Assembly: GCF_009914755.1 (NCBI RefSeq)
Contig: NC_060941.1
Source: the human T2T-CHM13v2.0 reference genome, Homo sapiens
Strand: one strand, 5' to 3'
Length of the DNA stretch: 64,000 nucleotides
The notes beneath the pieces are model-generated. The model saw nothing but the letters and a program-made list of their open reading frames with translations. It made no database searches and had not been told where the DNA came from. Shown one piece after another: positions 1 to 19,238 of the stretch. The position numbers and the translations under genes were made by a program. The first letter of the stretch is position 1. Each line of letters opens with the position of its first letter.

Positions 1-835
1 GAGTAAATGCCCTACAAGTTATGATGCCACATTATACATAAAACTGTGTGCATATATTTTTAAACAGCATAAATACATCTTTGCTCTGAGAAAAAGTTGA
101 ACATGCATCCCCGTGAAAACCACAAGGGAGTCAGGGGATGATGGTGTTGATGAAACCTGGGCTCTTGGAATTCTCTCAAGGAGAAATAAGGGGTCTGGAA
201 TTCTTCCCAAGAGGAAAACCCACTGTGGGTCAGCTGTGGCTCCAGCGGCCCTGAGGTCAGCTATGACTCATTCTTTACTGGGGCAATCCTTAGAGGGCCT
301 CTCCCTGCCAGGCCATCCCTCAGAGGCCTCTGGGTGCAATCTGCATTTTCCATCTTCAAAGACCCCTTTGTTCCTATCTTCCGCCTCAACACATAGCATC
401 ACTATAATCCAGAGAATTGAAGCATTAAAATTCTTCCCTTTGATTTGCTAAATAGGAACCCTCTCTTGACCCTATCCTCTGGCAGGATTTTATCCCGTTG
501 GCTAAAATCATGGTTCCTTCTGTCTCAGAACATATGACACTTGTTAATTCTTAAGCATCACAGCTGAAGCTTTGCATCCTTTGCGTCCTGACACACCTCT
601 CCAAAGCTTGATATGTGTCTCTGGCTTGGGCTCTGCATGGTCCATTTTGCATAATGACATAGACACTGCCTAGTCCTTCGTACAGCAGAGGGCTCTTCTG
701 ATTTTCTTTGGTCTCAAAGGAACAGGCAGTAGGTGGAAGGCATGAGGCAGGTGTCTGGGATGTACTCAGCTGTGTAGGTGGGAAGGAGCCCATCCTTGAC
801 ATTGCAGATGATCAGATGAGCCTCCTCTTCCTCCC

Positions 836-1224
<389 letters not shown>

Positions 1225-1825
1225 TGAAGAGAGAAGACAGAGGTAGTCCTGCAGCCCTCCTTCCTTCACAGGGGCCACCTCTTCTCTCTTGAGGATTAAA
1301 AGATTTTGAGCTGTAATCTCTCTTCAGGCAGAGGGGAAACACTGGGTTCAGAACAGCATCACTTGGTGCCACGGTGCAGACGCATCTCTGAGTCTGACCG
1401 TTCTGACGCATCTCTGAGTGAGACAGAAGCAGAGGCACTGGGCGGTCCACAGGGTGTGAGTCTAATCTGCAACCACCTGCTCCAGCTGCAGAGGAAAAAT
1501 TCTGAAGACACCTAAGGAAACAGGAGCTGCCCACACACTGCATCCTGATGTGAATTACGCCAGGAAAACATCTGCAAACCACGACCAGCAGTGTGTCCTG
1601 ATACCACTGTGCCTGCAAGGCTCTCAGACATGCTGGGTGAAAACAGAGTCTGAGGAAGGATAACCCAAAACACCTTTATCATTTCAAAAGTCCACCTCAG
1701 AAGGCTTTGAAAAAAAAAAAAAGTCACCGTTTTCTTTTCTATTAAATAGGATTTTAAAATCTAGTTACTTGGGAAACTTTGGTTTGATTTTAAGTATTTT
1801 TTAAATTATTATTCTGCTTTATTCT

Positions 1826-2159
<334 letters not shown>

Positions 2160-2304
2160 TAAGGTCATCAGAGACTAAATACTGAAAAAGTTATCTTCAT
2201 TTCCCCTCCCCTTTGTTCCCTGATCCTAGAGTTTCTTTATCTACATGCTAAGGCAGGAAATTTCCCCTTATTTACCTCATACCAAGACCTATTACAAAAT
2301 CCTT

Positions 2305-2560
2305 TAATGCAGCATAGTAGAGGTTTAAGACAATGAATTTTGGATCCAGCCTGCCTGGGTTCAGATTCTGGTTCTATCATTTATTAGCTGTGTGAACTTG
2401 GGCTGGTGACTTGACCTCTCTGTGCCTCAAATTCTGCTTATGCACAATGGAGTGACAATAGCACCTAGCTAATGGATTTAAGTTTTAAAAAAATCCATAC
2501 CTGTAAATCACGTAAAATAGTGTCTAGCACAGAGTACATGGTAAGCACTAAATAAGTGTT
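2305..2560. mobile_element. MIR
   Basis: gcctgggttcagattctgg...ctgtgtgaacttggg...cctctctgtgcctca core. Confidence 0.7.
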
Positions 2561-2684
2561 GTGTTTTTTAATGGATTTTACTGTTACTGGTGTGTTTACA
2601 TGCTTACACCATTCATAATTCAAAAATGCTTATTAAATTACTTATTTTTTACTTATTTAAGTTAGCAAAGATCAGAAGTTTAGT

Positions 2685-3790
2685 CTTACTAAAAAGCTTT
2701 TGCACAGCAAAAGAAACAACAGAGTGAAAATACAACCTACTGAATGGGAGAAAGAATTGTAAATCATATATCTGATAAAGGGTTAGCCTCCAAAATATAT
2801 AAGGAAGTCCTACAACTCAACTGTAAAAAATAATTTTTTTTAATTTAAAAATGGGCTAAGGATTTCTATAGACATTTCTCTAAAGTAGACGTACAAACGG
2901 CCATCAGGTATATGAAAAAATGCTCAAAGTCACTAGCCATAAGGGAAATGCAGATCAAAGCCATGAGACATCACTTCACACCACTCAGGATGGCTACTAT
3001 CAAAAAAAAAAAAGACAACTAGTATTGGTGAGGATATAGAGGAGCTGGAACCATTGCACGCTGTTGGGAAAATGCAAAATGACGCAGCCACTATGGAAAA
3101 CAGTATGGAGATTCCTCAAAGAATTAAAAATAGAATTACCATATGAGCCAACAATCTCACTTCAGGGTATTTATCCAAAAGAATTGAAATTGGGATCTCA
3201 AAGAGATGTTAACACTCCTGTGGTCATTGCAGCAGGAGTCACAATAGCCAGAATGTGGAAACTACCTAAATGTCCGTTGACAGATAAATACAAAAAGAAA
3301 TTGGTATGTGCAAACACTGGAATTCCATTCAGCCTTTAAAAAGGACGAAATTCTGCAATACGCAACGTGAATAAACCTCGAAGACGTTATGCTAAATAAA
3401 ATAAGCCAATCACAGAAAGACAAATACTGCATGATTCTGCTTATATGAGGTATCTAAAATAGATTCAACCCTGAAGACATTATGCTAAATGAAATAAGCC
3501 GATCACAGAAAGACAAATACTGCATAATTCTGCTTATACAAGGTATTTAAAATAGGTAAATTCATAGAATCAAAGAGTGGAATGGTGGTTTCCAGAGGCT
3601 GTGGGAAAAGGGGAAATGGAAAGTTACTATTCAATGAACATAAAGTTCCAGTCAAGCAAGATGTGTAAGGCCTAGAGATCTACTGTACTGCATTGTACCC
3701 AGAGTCCATAGTAATTTATTGTACACCTAAAATTTTATTAAGAGGGTAGCTCTCATGTTAGGTGTTCTTTCTATGATAAAGTAAAATAAA
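2685..3790 (+). mobile_element. Old L1 (L1MA/MB-type) ORF2 end and 3' UTR
   Basis: ORF 3064-3339 [20 protein letters not shown] is L1 ORF2 C-terminus; A-rich tail near 3780. Confidence 0.9.
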
Positions 3791-3910
3791 ACAAAATAGA
3801 TTAATGTCATGATTGTAGCAAAATAAAGAAAACATGCACTTTCATACACTGTTGAGGGGAAGAATAAGTTGTGCAACCTCTTTACAAAATAGTTCAGCAG
3901 TATCTGTTAA

Positions 3911-4216
<306 letters not shown>

Positions 4217-4675
4217 CATATACACTATCGACCAATAATTTCCGCCTATAGGAATTTAATCCTATAGACATACTTACATAGACAGAAGTATAAGGATAAA
4301 AAATATAAGGGTACCCTATAGAAGTCCTTGGGGTGTTAGGCCAGGAGCCATCTCTGCTGTTTTGTGCCTCCTTCAGCCTATGGATTTCCCCTCAATGTCC
4401 CCTCAATCCATTCCTCTGTGTCTCTCAGGGGACCATTTCCTATGGGTGTTAAGCTGTGGATGATCATGGGGCAAAGGTGCAGTTAGTAGAAAGGAGAAAA
4501 GCATAATCATGGGAACTTGAAGAGTGAATGATTTAGGAATTAGGGAAAATAATAAATTCTGAATAAGTCATTGTAGAACTATTTATTTGGCCCACTTCAT
4601 GAATTACGTGCAGTAAAATAGGGAAATACTGACAACCCTGTTTCATTTTCTTCATTAAAAATACAATAGTATTGT

Positions 4676-5026
<351 letters not shown>

Positions 5027-7711
5027 TCAAGTCTATCCCTGAGATTTTATATTTCTCAGCTCAAGAGATGCCTTCAAGGGGAAGCTTTCTCCAGCTTCAC
5101 TGAGCATTCAATCAATTCCTCTTCTCTCTACTCACATTGACCCTTAGTTTACCTTGATGTAACCCTCTTCATTCTGTTGTTAGTGTTCTTGAAAGTCCCT
5201 TGGAAGCAGGAATTTTGTCTTACTGCTTTTGTCTTGTTCATCTCTGTAATTCCCAGTACATCACCTGACATAACAAAGCACTCAATCAATAAAAACAGAA
5301 GTGACTAAATGAGCTCAGCTCTGGAGCAAGTCATACTCAGTATTATCCTCCACAGTATCACGTGCATGGTGATTCTCAGTAACTGTGTGCTGAGGGAATG
5401 CCTGCATGCGTACATGAATAGACATAGTATAAAGCCAAACCATAGCATGTTGCACCAATGATACAAAATCCCTGACTTCTAAACTCCGTGGTGCTAAATC
5501 AAGTCAGAATTAAGGCAAGACTTGTTTTCATCTAAAAATATATTTATATGAAAAGTCCTACAGAGCATTCAAAGGTAGATCACATTTAACTTTGCATTTA
5601 ACCCATGTCCTTTTATGAAAAGAAGAGAATTATATAAATTGGCTGTCTGGCTGCCTTAAAGCCCACAGCTGCCTCATCCCACCACTCGTGCAGGCAATCT
5701 CTGGAAAGAGAAGAGCGAGCTCATTTACTTTTACATCACTGGGAAGAGCTCTTCTCTGCTAATGACATACTCTGCCTTCAAGAGCCAGTGTTTAACCCTT
5801 CTCAGACACTGATATTGACCCTTGAAATGTTCAACACAGACAAAGCACTTAGCAATAGTTGGGTAGCAACGAGCTCAGGATAAGGTAGCTGGTTCAGGAA
5901 ACTGACTTTTATAACTGTCCCTCTATAAGTCTTGTGCTAAACAAACCCACGTCTGTCTCCTTTCCAAATCACACTGTGTCGGTGACCCTGAGAAACATGG
6001 GCATCTGAGGCTCACATTGCAGGATCTCCCTTTAAAAGGCAGCTCAGAGCCACTTGAAGAAACACAGATGAGATACGCATGTGATGTGATACAGTAAGAG
6101 TTGATTTGCAGCCAGAGCTCAAATCAACTGGGTCCAAGGGTCTGGGTCTGGGTCCAAGCCCTGGCTCAAACACTTGCTGAATGCATATCTTCTGTCAAGT
6201 TATTTAACCTCTGTGAGCTTCATCTTTTAGAAGCGGTTATGATGTCTGCCCTACAAGAGTGCTGTAGTGCGGCACTCTGTTCTCAGAGGGAGGAGACGGC
6301 CTTTAACACCAGGCAGGAGGAAACCACTGCTATATACAACTCCATTTGAAAATCATGCAGTTACTTTCAAATGTTTATTTTAACAATCAAAGAGAAAGAA
6401 AGCAAAAGCAGGCTCCAGGTGATGTAGATGCTGCTGTTCATAGTAAGGCAAGAAATCTTTATACCAGAATTGCGGTCAAATTCCTCATTAAAGTGTGAGA
6501 GGAGCAAAAAAAATAAAAATAAATCTACCAAGGTACAGTCAGGAGGCTGAGGCTGGCCTGAAGCAGGAGACTCTTCCCTAAAAAGTAGCATCTCCAAGGA
6601 GCACATCAACACAACAGGTCCCATGTTCATTTGCTTATCTTCTCAGAAAAAGTCACCCCTGTAGAGGGAGTTTTCTAGCTCAAATCATGAAGGAGAAAAA
6701 AAAAAGCCAGTTTCCTGAAAGATTCCTGTTCTTGCTTCATAACATAGCCTAGTCAATTACCTTCAGACAAAATGGCTTGGTAGCATGAAAGGGTCTTCCA
6801 GAAGGACACACCTTACCACCAGACCCACATTTAGCACTGCAAGCTGAAGCCCCCAAATGCAACCAGACAGTTCCTTCCCTAGGAAAAGGAGGCTGGCTTG
6901 AACCATGCCTTTACTCTGACATCAGCGGTCCATGTCACTTCTCCATTTCCCCAGTTGCTTTTTCTCCGATGAAGCTACAAGACGTGAGGAGTGAGGCTAA
7001 ACTTCAAGCTATTTTTCCAATGAAAAATAGCTGGTAATCGCATTCAGAAATCAGGACCACAAATGGGCCTAATCTGCATTCCCCCCAAGTCTCCAAATTG
7101 AAGTTCTGCAGGGATCATAATGGCCCTTGGAATTACTGAGTGCCTCACAAGACCGAGGTGTGTTCTCCCATCACTTTAACCCTGGTGAACCCAAAGGGGA
7201 AAATGGAAACAAGACCACCCATGAAAGTGGGTCCTCTCTCCTTGGATGGACTCAATAGAAAGGAGTTCTGCCCCTCAAAGCAAAGTTTTCTCATTGTTTG
7301 GCCTAATGCAAATACTCAAATACAGTTTGCTCTAGGAAGCAAGTTGTTATGTGCACCATTTTGTTTCTGATTAAATTTAGATGCTAGAGGAAATTTATTT
7401 ACCTGCCCATAAGAAGAAGCCTGAGGTCACAGGTGACCCTTAAACTTGGCCATGTGGGTCAGCCCCTGCACTCCTTAAACATTATACAATCAGTACTGGC
7501 TCCGGGTGAGGTTTCCTTGTGTGCTTTCTCCTTTTCAGGGTATTTTTATTTCTGTTATCTTAGAATCCATGACAGATCTGGGATATAAGTATGAACAATA
7601 ACATTATCCCTATTTTATCTCAGGAAAAAAAATGCTGAGGCTTAGGCATGTGAAGTGATGATTCAAAAACCCCACAACAAGTCAGAGATAAAGTCAGGAC
7701 TAGACGTGTTC

Positions 7712-8095
7712 GTTCTTTCAACAGATATTTATTAAGCATCTATTATGTACCAAGCAGTGGGCTAGGCTCTGGGGATGCAGCAATGAACAATTGTTAATCT
7801 TGGGTAAGCATTTTGATTGGGAAAACAACAGATACAGAGGCAAGTTCAGCTGTTGGAGGTGCTAATGAGCAGGACAGAGTGCCAGGGTTGTGAGTCCTTT
7901 AGGCTGGTGGCCAAGCAGGAGCTCTCAGAGGAAGGAACATTTCCGCTGACCTGAACATTTATAAGGAGGGGGAAGAGCACCCCAGAGAGAAGGAAGAGCA
8001 GGGACAGGTCTCCAGGCATGTCCAAGGAACAGAAAGGCCAGTGTGGCTGAATCATGGTAAGGAAGGTAGAGAGTATGAAGAGAAGAGGTGGAAGC
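7712..8095 (-). mobile_element. L2 3' region
   Basis: ttcaacagatatttattaagcatctattatgtaccaagc...ggaacagaaaggccagtgtggctgaa resembles the L2 3' end. Confidence 0.7.
7728..7733 (-). terminator. Candidate KRT38 polyadenylation signal AATAAA, inside an L2 3' end
   Basis: First tttatt on + found downstream of the KRT38 stop codon. Confidence 0.5.
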
Positions 8096-8966
8096 ACATC
8101 ATACTTAGCAAATCTCTACCCATTGAATCAATAGGTTTCAATACTTCAGGAGAAAGTACTAGAAAAAAATGAAGTCATTGTTTAGATTTTAGACTGGGAG
8201 AATTAGACAGGGACAGGGGTTATAGCCAGACAAGTCTGGAGAGTCAGAATTTATAGAGAAAAAAGAGAGAAATTTCTTAATCTGAAAGTTCCTTTCACAT
8301 AGCAAGAAGCTATGGAAGCCATATGTAAGAGGCTGTGTTGCCACAGAAAAGGCAAGCCTGGTCCTTTGTCAAAGCTAGAAACCCTGAAGTAGAGAAAACT
8401 CAGGATTTGATACAAGGAAAGTTTCCACTTAATCAGTTTCCAAGATAGGGAGGCAGGAGGATAGGAGAAGGGAATTAGAAAAGACAGGGTCAGGTACAAT
8501 TCTGGTTCTATTTCCCTCTCCCTAGGGCCATAATCCAGGCTGCCAATGTTAGAAACAACCCAAGAAATGTGGGAAATCTCAGACAGTGAAGTCTGTTCTT
8601 CACTTCCTTTGTCATAAACTATAAAAATTTCAAGTTAAAGTTGGTGTTCTTGAAGTGCAAGTGCAGTTTTAAATCATGCCGTGTTCCTACTCCAAAATGC
8701 TTTTCAACCTTATGCCTCTCCAATCCAGATATTCTGAGCCACCATGGGTGGCTGCAATCCAGCCACTGAGGGCATAGAGCTCACCTGGGAAAACCAAGAG
8801 CAGGAAAGGAAGGATTTCCATCAAGATTCCACTGTCCCTGGTATCTCATAGCCTTTGGACAGGCCTATACATACAGAAAGTTAGAAGCCAGATTTTCTAA
8901 AGGTATAACAAGCATCTCTCTTCGGGTATCCCTCGCCTTAGCCAGCCCCTGTGGGTCCACAGGAAT

Positions 8967-12476
<3,510 letters not shown>

Positions 12477-12561
12477 GGTGTTGGGCTGAGGCTGCACAGG
12501 AGCTTCAGATCAGCTGGGAAAGCTGAACCACTGAGACTGAAGCCTCCTCTCCTCCCAGCCC

Positions 12562-12568
12562 TTTTATA
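12562..12568 (-). promoter_or_regulatory. KRT38 TATA box (TATAAAA)
   Basis: ttttata on +, about 86 nt upstream of the ATG. Confidence 0.85.
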
Positions 12569-12776
12569 CCCCATCCTGGGCGGGTGTTGGCTCCAATGCT
12601 TTGACCTCCTGCCTTGATTATCTACCTGTTGTGGTGCCATCATCCTGTTACTCAGCTGCTGAGTTTACCATGAAAAGTTTCTCAGCTCGTTAAAGGAATG
12701 TTGACGAATCTGAGGCCTCTTGGCTCTTTGAAATCAGGTTGGCTGTTGATGGGAGGTCAGAAGCTTTTTATTATCT

Positions 12777-12783
12777 TTCAAAG
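12777..12783 (-). promoter_or_regulatory. LEF1/TCF motif CTTTGAA in KRT38 promoter (second copy in opposite orientation at 12726-12732)
   Basis: ttcaaag on +, about 210 nt upstream of TATA; same placement in the other three genes. Confidence 0.65.
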
Positions 12784-15700
12784 AAGCAAAGTTATAGCCA
12801 TCAGATGCTTAGACCTTGACTGGGTTTGGCCTCTTTATGGATGTGTCCACTCTGGAGACACAAACTTTCCTGTTGGTCAGTGGTGTAGCAGGAGGACTAA
12901 CCCCTGTGATGACAATGGTTCTCACTTGGGTTAAGACTCAACCAGCCTTCCCTATCCAGGGAAGAAACTGAGTCTTGGAATTGGTGGATGTTATGGCCTT
13001 GGGTTATCAAGAAGTCCTACATTTCTTCTTTCTTTAGTTGGTTGCCTTTCAGACTCACTTTGAGGAGCAACAAGACTTAGATGAATCCAGTCACTCAAAA
13101 CACATCCCCTGGCTACGTCCCATATGCTACGCATCTTGCTGATGCTTGATATATAGTTGGTTAAGCACAAAATAGTTCCTGCCATTGGGGAACAACTGTA
13201 ACTTGGGTAGACGTGATGTTTCAAACAAGGTATCTGAGAAGCTCATGAAAATGAGGATGACTCCAAAAACCATGGCTTATCTCGACCAAGAAGGGCAAGC
13301 TCAAGAAGCCAGAAATAAACAAAGAGAAATGAGCAATAATCTTACTGAACCTCAAATAAGAACTTGGTCATGAAAGTCAAAGGACATTGAGTGATCAGAG
13401 CCTCTGTGGGCTCTCTTCATACCTTGCTTCCTTTATTCTAAAGTCAGTCATGAGCCTTCACCCTATGAGCTAGGGGATTGAGCAACGATACCTTTTAATC
13501 TTTACTTCCAACCTGGGAGGTGGGTACTCTTAATTTTACAAAATAAATAAACAAGCCATTGAGGACAGTTTTCTAAGATCAACCTCACTATAAAGTATAA
13601 AGCCTATTCTCAACATCAGCTTCTTTCAACTCCAGAAACTGTTTCTTCACCTTGACCACCTCCAAATCCTCCACCCCAAGGATAACTACTGTGTCATTGC
13701 TAGAACTAAGAAGGATTCAAATTCCTAGAAACCGGGCAAGAAGTTGAAATTAAGATGTAAAACAAAAATCTGACATTGTGTATTTTTCCCTTTGTATCTC
13801 AGAAAATACAGATGTGGAGGTATTCATACAATAAAACAGAGTTTCTCCAAGGGCTAAATCAGAAGATGCCAGGGGAAAGTCCTGTCCCTAAAATGGTTAT
13901 ATTACACATTCCACATTCAGATAGTTCTTGGTACTAGGGATCCAAGACACATGGCTGCTGAGATCCCAAAACTTTTCTCCCAAAATTTGTGACAGAAGAT
14001 ACATAGACCCCTGAGACTAAGAAAAACCTAATGTGGAACAATCCAAAGTGATTATAACTAGAATTTTGGGAAAATGAGTTTTTGCCAGTCCCCTGAGCAT
14101 TGAACAAAAGCTGAACATACACCTTTATAGGGATCAGACGTGCATATGTGAAACACAGGCTATTGGAGTTCTATCAAGAAGAAATACAGAATCTGAGAAT
14201 TCAGTCCAGATTGGGTTTCTCAGGAAAGTAAGTAGTAGTGAGCGCTGACCTAAGGGTTATTCAGAGCTCACCAATCCATAACCCTTTACAGACAACATCA
14301 TTGGGAGACATCACCAGGGCAGGCTGTCCCATCCTCCAGAGGCCACTGGGTGCAATCTGCATATGTTACATCTTCAAACACCCTTTTGTTACTCTCCTCC
14401 GCCTCATCACATAGCAACAAGCTTCTCTATAAATCAGAGAGCCAGGCTTTTAAAGTCATTTCCTTTGATTTGCTAAGTAGCACCCATCTTTTGGCTTTAT
14501 CCTCTGTCCAGATTCATTCCATGGACTAAAAGCCACGATTTCGTCCATTCACAATACATGACTCATCACTGCTGAAGCCTTGTGTGTCCAGATGACACCC
14601 CTCTCTGCTAACTGGCTTGGGTCCTGGCTTGGGCTTCTACCTTGTACTGTTTTGCATAATGATACTGATGTTGCATGGCTCTTTGTAAAATCGCTTTGTT
14701 CCCCTGATTTGTATTTTCTCAAAGGAGGTGAAGGAGCGGGTGGGGATCCTAAGACTCTCTTCCTTCCCAACCCTTTAAAAAGAGTCCCTGTGGCCCCTGG
14801 TGACCGAATACGAGGCCAGGTTCAGTAACAAGAAGTGATGAATACAGAGTGTGAGAGATGGGAGCCTGCTGCCCTCCTTCATTCACCTGTGTGCACAACA
14901 TTCTCTGTGTGGATTCTGACTTTAGACATGCCGATCTCTAGAGGCATGAAGTCTACTGCAAATGGAGGTGAGGAGCTGTGGTCTTGGAATGCCATTTTCA
15001 CTAATTTTGATACATAGGGGCATATCTCAACCAATGGGAGAGAAAGGTATGGAGCTGTAGGCTAGCACCTGGAGATTGTGCCTAACTCAAAGTTTATCTT
15101 TTCTGTGTCATGGCTCCTACTGCTGTAAGATGCAGGGAGGCATCTAGGGAGTTGTGCCCTGTGTGGGAACGTCACCCATCACACATTGCAGTGAATGCAA
15201 AGATTTATGACAAGTACTATATGTAGAGTTAGTGCTGCCACATCTCCAGGGTGTTAGAAAATGGTGTCCCAAACAATCCTAGATCAAGAAACCATGAAGA
15301 CTCTTGAGAGAAGAGGCTGAGCATATAAATGTATTATTCTAGGTATCCAACTCCTGAGGCTTTGATGAATGGAAAAGGTACACTTCTGTTCAAATTAAAT
15401 ATGATTTTATCTATATATGAATGTATGCTCATTTGTGATTAAGAAATACAAACTAAAGAGATATTGTTTTCTTATCAGGTTTTGCTAAGTTGGATAATAG
15501 CACACAGTGTTGGCATGAGTGTGGGAAACAAGTCCTATCCTCTCCTGTGGATGACAGTCACGAGCTTCCACCTCTGCACATAGGCACAGAAACCGGGGCC
15601 CGTGCGTTGGGACCTGTGAGCCTCACACCTGCCTCTGATGGCATCATTTGCTGCTCCAGGCTTCACTGCAATTGACCCACTTGGAGAGTAGCTCAGGAGG

Positions 15701-17224
15701 CTCACCCTGCCCTGGCAAGCAATAGTGAGGGAAGAGACTCCAGAAGATGAATTAGAAAGAGTTGGAAAATCTTTGAGAAGCAAGACCCTAAGAAGGGAAG
15801 AAAATATAGAATTCTGTTTCAACCAGAATAAAAACAGATCTTTGGCACAGGTCAAAGATCCTCATTGTGGAAAATATTGAACTGCTTTCTGTTGCTCATT
15901 ACAAACCCATGATTATGAAACATGCTGAGTCTGAAACAGCTCAGTGGCCGTTCTCTGTCACAGATAGATTGAGCTGTGTGGGCTCACTCATGCTCTCTGC
16001 AAAGCCTTCTCTGGCTTCCCAGGTAGGCTGCTCTCCCTCTGCTGACACACTCTTCTCACCCTGGGAAACTGTGGCTGTATCAGAGGTGGTAGCTCCCCAC
16101 CATGGACTTGGGATCTCCAGGACATCATGGAGTTTGTCTCATTGCTTTTTCCTCTTTCATCTCCATATCCCCAGACTCTGGCACAAAGCCCGGCTACAGA
16201 GTAGGTTCTGCATCCATGTGTGTTTAATTATGTAAGCAGGTAATGAGAAACACAGTAGGACCAAGCAAAGATATTTGTATGCTGAAACAATGAAGTAAAA
16301 TCATAGATTCTTAAGCAATGTGGATAAATACACAACCAGAGATATGCCAGCAAATTAGCTCTCTGGGGGGAAAACCCCTCCAGTTTGTAGTGTAGGCCAA
16401 TTTCTGTGGTGTAAATACTCCCACAATAGCCAACTTCAAGCAAACAATATGATGTCACTGAATGTGGAGTTGGAAAGAGATGTGAAAAATCGGCTCTTGT
16501 GAGTTAGTAAGAGTTAGCTCCAGCGTACCACTTGATCCCACTTTCTAAAACCAAAATCATGACAGTACATTTCTTACATAGTAATTTTTTTTATAAATCC
16601 TACAGAGAAACCAAAGGTAGATCACATTTGATGACACAGGCAAGAGACCTGCCCCTAGAGAAGAGGAAGGCATTATGGCCATGGTGCCACCCACAACTGC
16701 TTCATCTTCTCACCAGTCACTGAGATGCTGTGGTTCCCCCCAGAGCCCCACGGTCCCAGCTGCGAACTCAGGCAGCCTCTGGAAAGGGCAGAACCAGCTA
16801 GTTTGATTGCACATCACTGGGAACAACCCTTCTCTGCTGATGCAGGATGCTTCTCTCAAGTCACCTTCAAGTCTTTCTCAGATAGTGACACTGACAAAGG
16901 AAAGGTACAAGCCCAAGTGAGGCACTTAGCAAGCATTAGGCAGGGATAAGCCAGCACAGAGGAGATGACATTTGATAAAGAAAACTGTATAGATTTATGT
17001 TGGTTTTTATGTTGTGTTGAGAAAAATTACTCTCTGGACATTTTCCTAAGCTGGTCGTGTCAGCCTGTAGGGCAGTGGTTCTCAGAGTTTGGTTTCTTAG
17101 CCAGTAGCATCAGCATCTCCCAGGAACTTGTTAGAAATCCACATTCTCAGATGCCCACTCCAGACCTACTGAATGCAGATACACTGGGTGCAGGGGAGGG
17201 GGCAGCAATCTGTGTTTTTCCTTG

Positions 17225-17541
17225 TTTGTTTGTGTGTGTGTTTTGTTTTTGTTTTTTTGAAACAGGGTCTCACTCTATCACCCGGGCTGGAGTGCAGTGG
17301 CACAATCTCAGCTCACTGTAGCCTCGACCTCCCAGGCTTAAGCAATCTTCCCACCTCAGCCTCCCCAGTAGAGGGGATTACAGGCACATGCCACCACACC
17401 CAGCTAATTTTTGTATTTTTTGTAAAGACAGGGTTTTGCCATGTTGCCCAGGCTGGTCGTGAATGCCTGAGCTCAAGTGGTCTGCCCGCTTCAACTTCCC
17501 CAAGTGCTGGAATTACAGGTGTGAGCCACCATGCCCGGCCA
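17225..17541 (-). mobile_element. Alu (AluJ-type) inserted in a MER5-like element (about 17070-17610)
   Basis: gaaacagggtctcac...gccaccatgcccggcc; TSD-like aatctgtgtttt on both sides. Confidence 0.9.
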
Positions 17542-17825
17542 TAATCTGTGTTTTAACAAGCCATCCAGGTGATTCTAAGGAATGCTCAAACTTGATAACC
17601 ATCGCTCTAAGAGAAGGGAATAGTCCCAAACACAGTGATTAGAAACGTCTGGGACAAACATGCTTCCCCTCACCTCACATCCCTTTGGAAACCAGTTGAG
17701 AACAACTTCTAACTTTGACTATACACCAGAATCCCCCAGGGGGCCATCTCATCCTTACAAGGAGCACACCCTGATCCTCTCTCAGGGTGCACTGTCTATT
17801 CTGTTATTTACAAAAAAAAAAAAAA

Positions 17826-18125
17826 AGGCCAGGCTTGGCAGCTCATGCCCATAATCCCAGCATTTTGAGAGGCTAAGGCGGGTGGATCACCTGAGGTCAG
17901 CAGTTCGAGACCAGCCTGGCCAACATGGCAAAGCCCTATCTCTACTAAAAATACAAAAAAATTAGCCAAGCATGGTGGTGCATGCCTATAATACCAGTTA
18001 CTCAGGAGGCTAAGACAGAAGAATGGCTTAAACTGAGGAGGTAGAGGTTGCAGTGACCCAAGATAGAACCACTGCACTCAAGCCTGGGTGACAGAGCCAG
18101 ACCCTGTCTCAAAAAAAGAAAAAAA
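17826..18125 (+). mobile_element. Alu (AluS-type)
   Basis: Full dimer with A tail. Confidence 0.93.
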
Positions 18126-18924
18126 TCCCCTGGGGAGTTTTTAGAACTTCTGATGCCCAAGCCACACCCAGACCGATGGCCACAGAATCCCTGGAGGTGG
18201 AGCCCAGCATCACTATTTTGTAAAGCTCTCCAGATGGTTCCAAAGAGCAGCCATGGTTGAGAAGCAATGACTTAGAAGAACAAGAAAAGAAAGGATAGGA
18301 AAGGTGATAGAGTCAAAAGCAGCACTTTGGGGTCAGACAGAGTGCAGATTCTGGCTTTACTATGTTCTTTGAAGCCATGGAGGTTTTATTTTTCCTTGTT
18401 GGAAATAAGGATTATAAAACCCACCCTGGCAATTATTTGGGAGAATTCACATTCCAGAAAGCAGTCATCAGTTACTAATAAAACTACTTTTAATAAAGCT
18501 GTACAAGGTTGCAAGACCTTATCTGCAATTTTGAAATCCAAAAAATTCTGAACACCAAGTTTTCTCATGACTCATTGGTCTTTGTACAGTGTTTATCTCT
18601 CTCATGCTCATCAAAACCCACTAAAATGACTTCAGAGACCATTCATAAGTCATAGCCATAGTTTTAAATACACTACACAAGTCAAAAGATACGAAGTAGC
18701 AGATATGTAGGCTGAACACGTTTAAAGATCTAATGTACAAGAGGACTCTAGTTAATAAGAGTATTATATTCAGGATTTTTGCTAAATGAGTACATTATAG
18801 CTGCTCTTGCCATGGGGGTGGGTGGGGGCAGGAAATGGGTAACTATGTGAGATGATGAATATGTTGTTTCACTATAATAACCATTTTGCTATATATATGT
18901 ATCCCATAACATCATGCTGTATAG

Positions 18925-19238
<314 letters not shown>

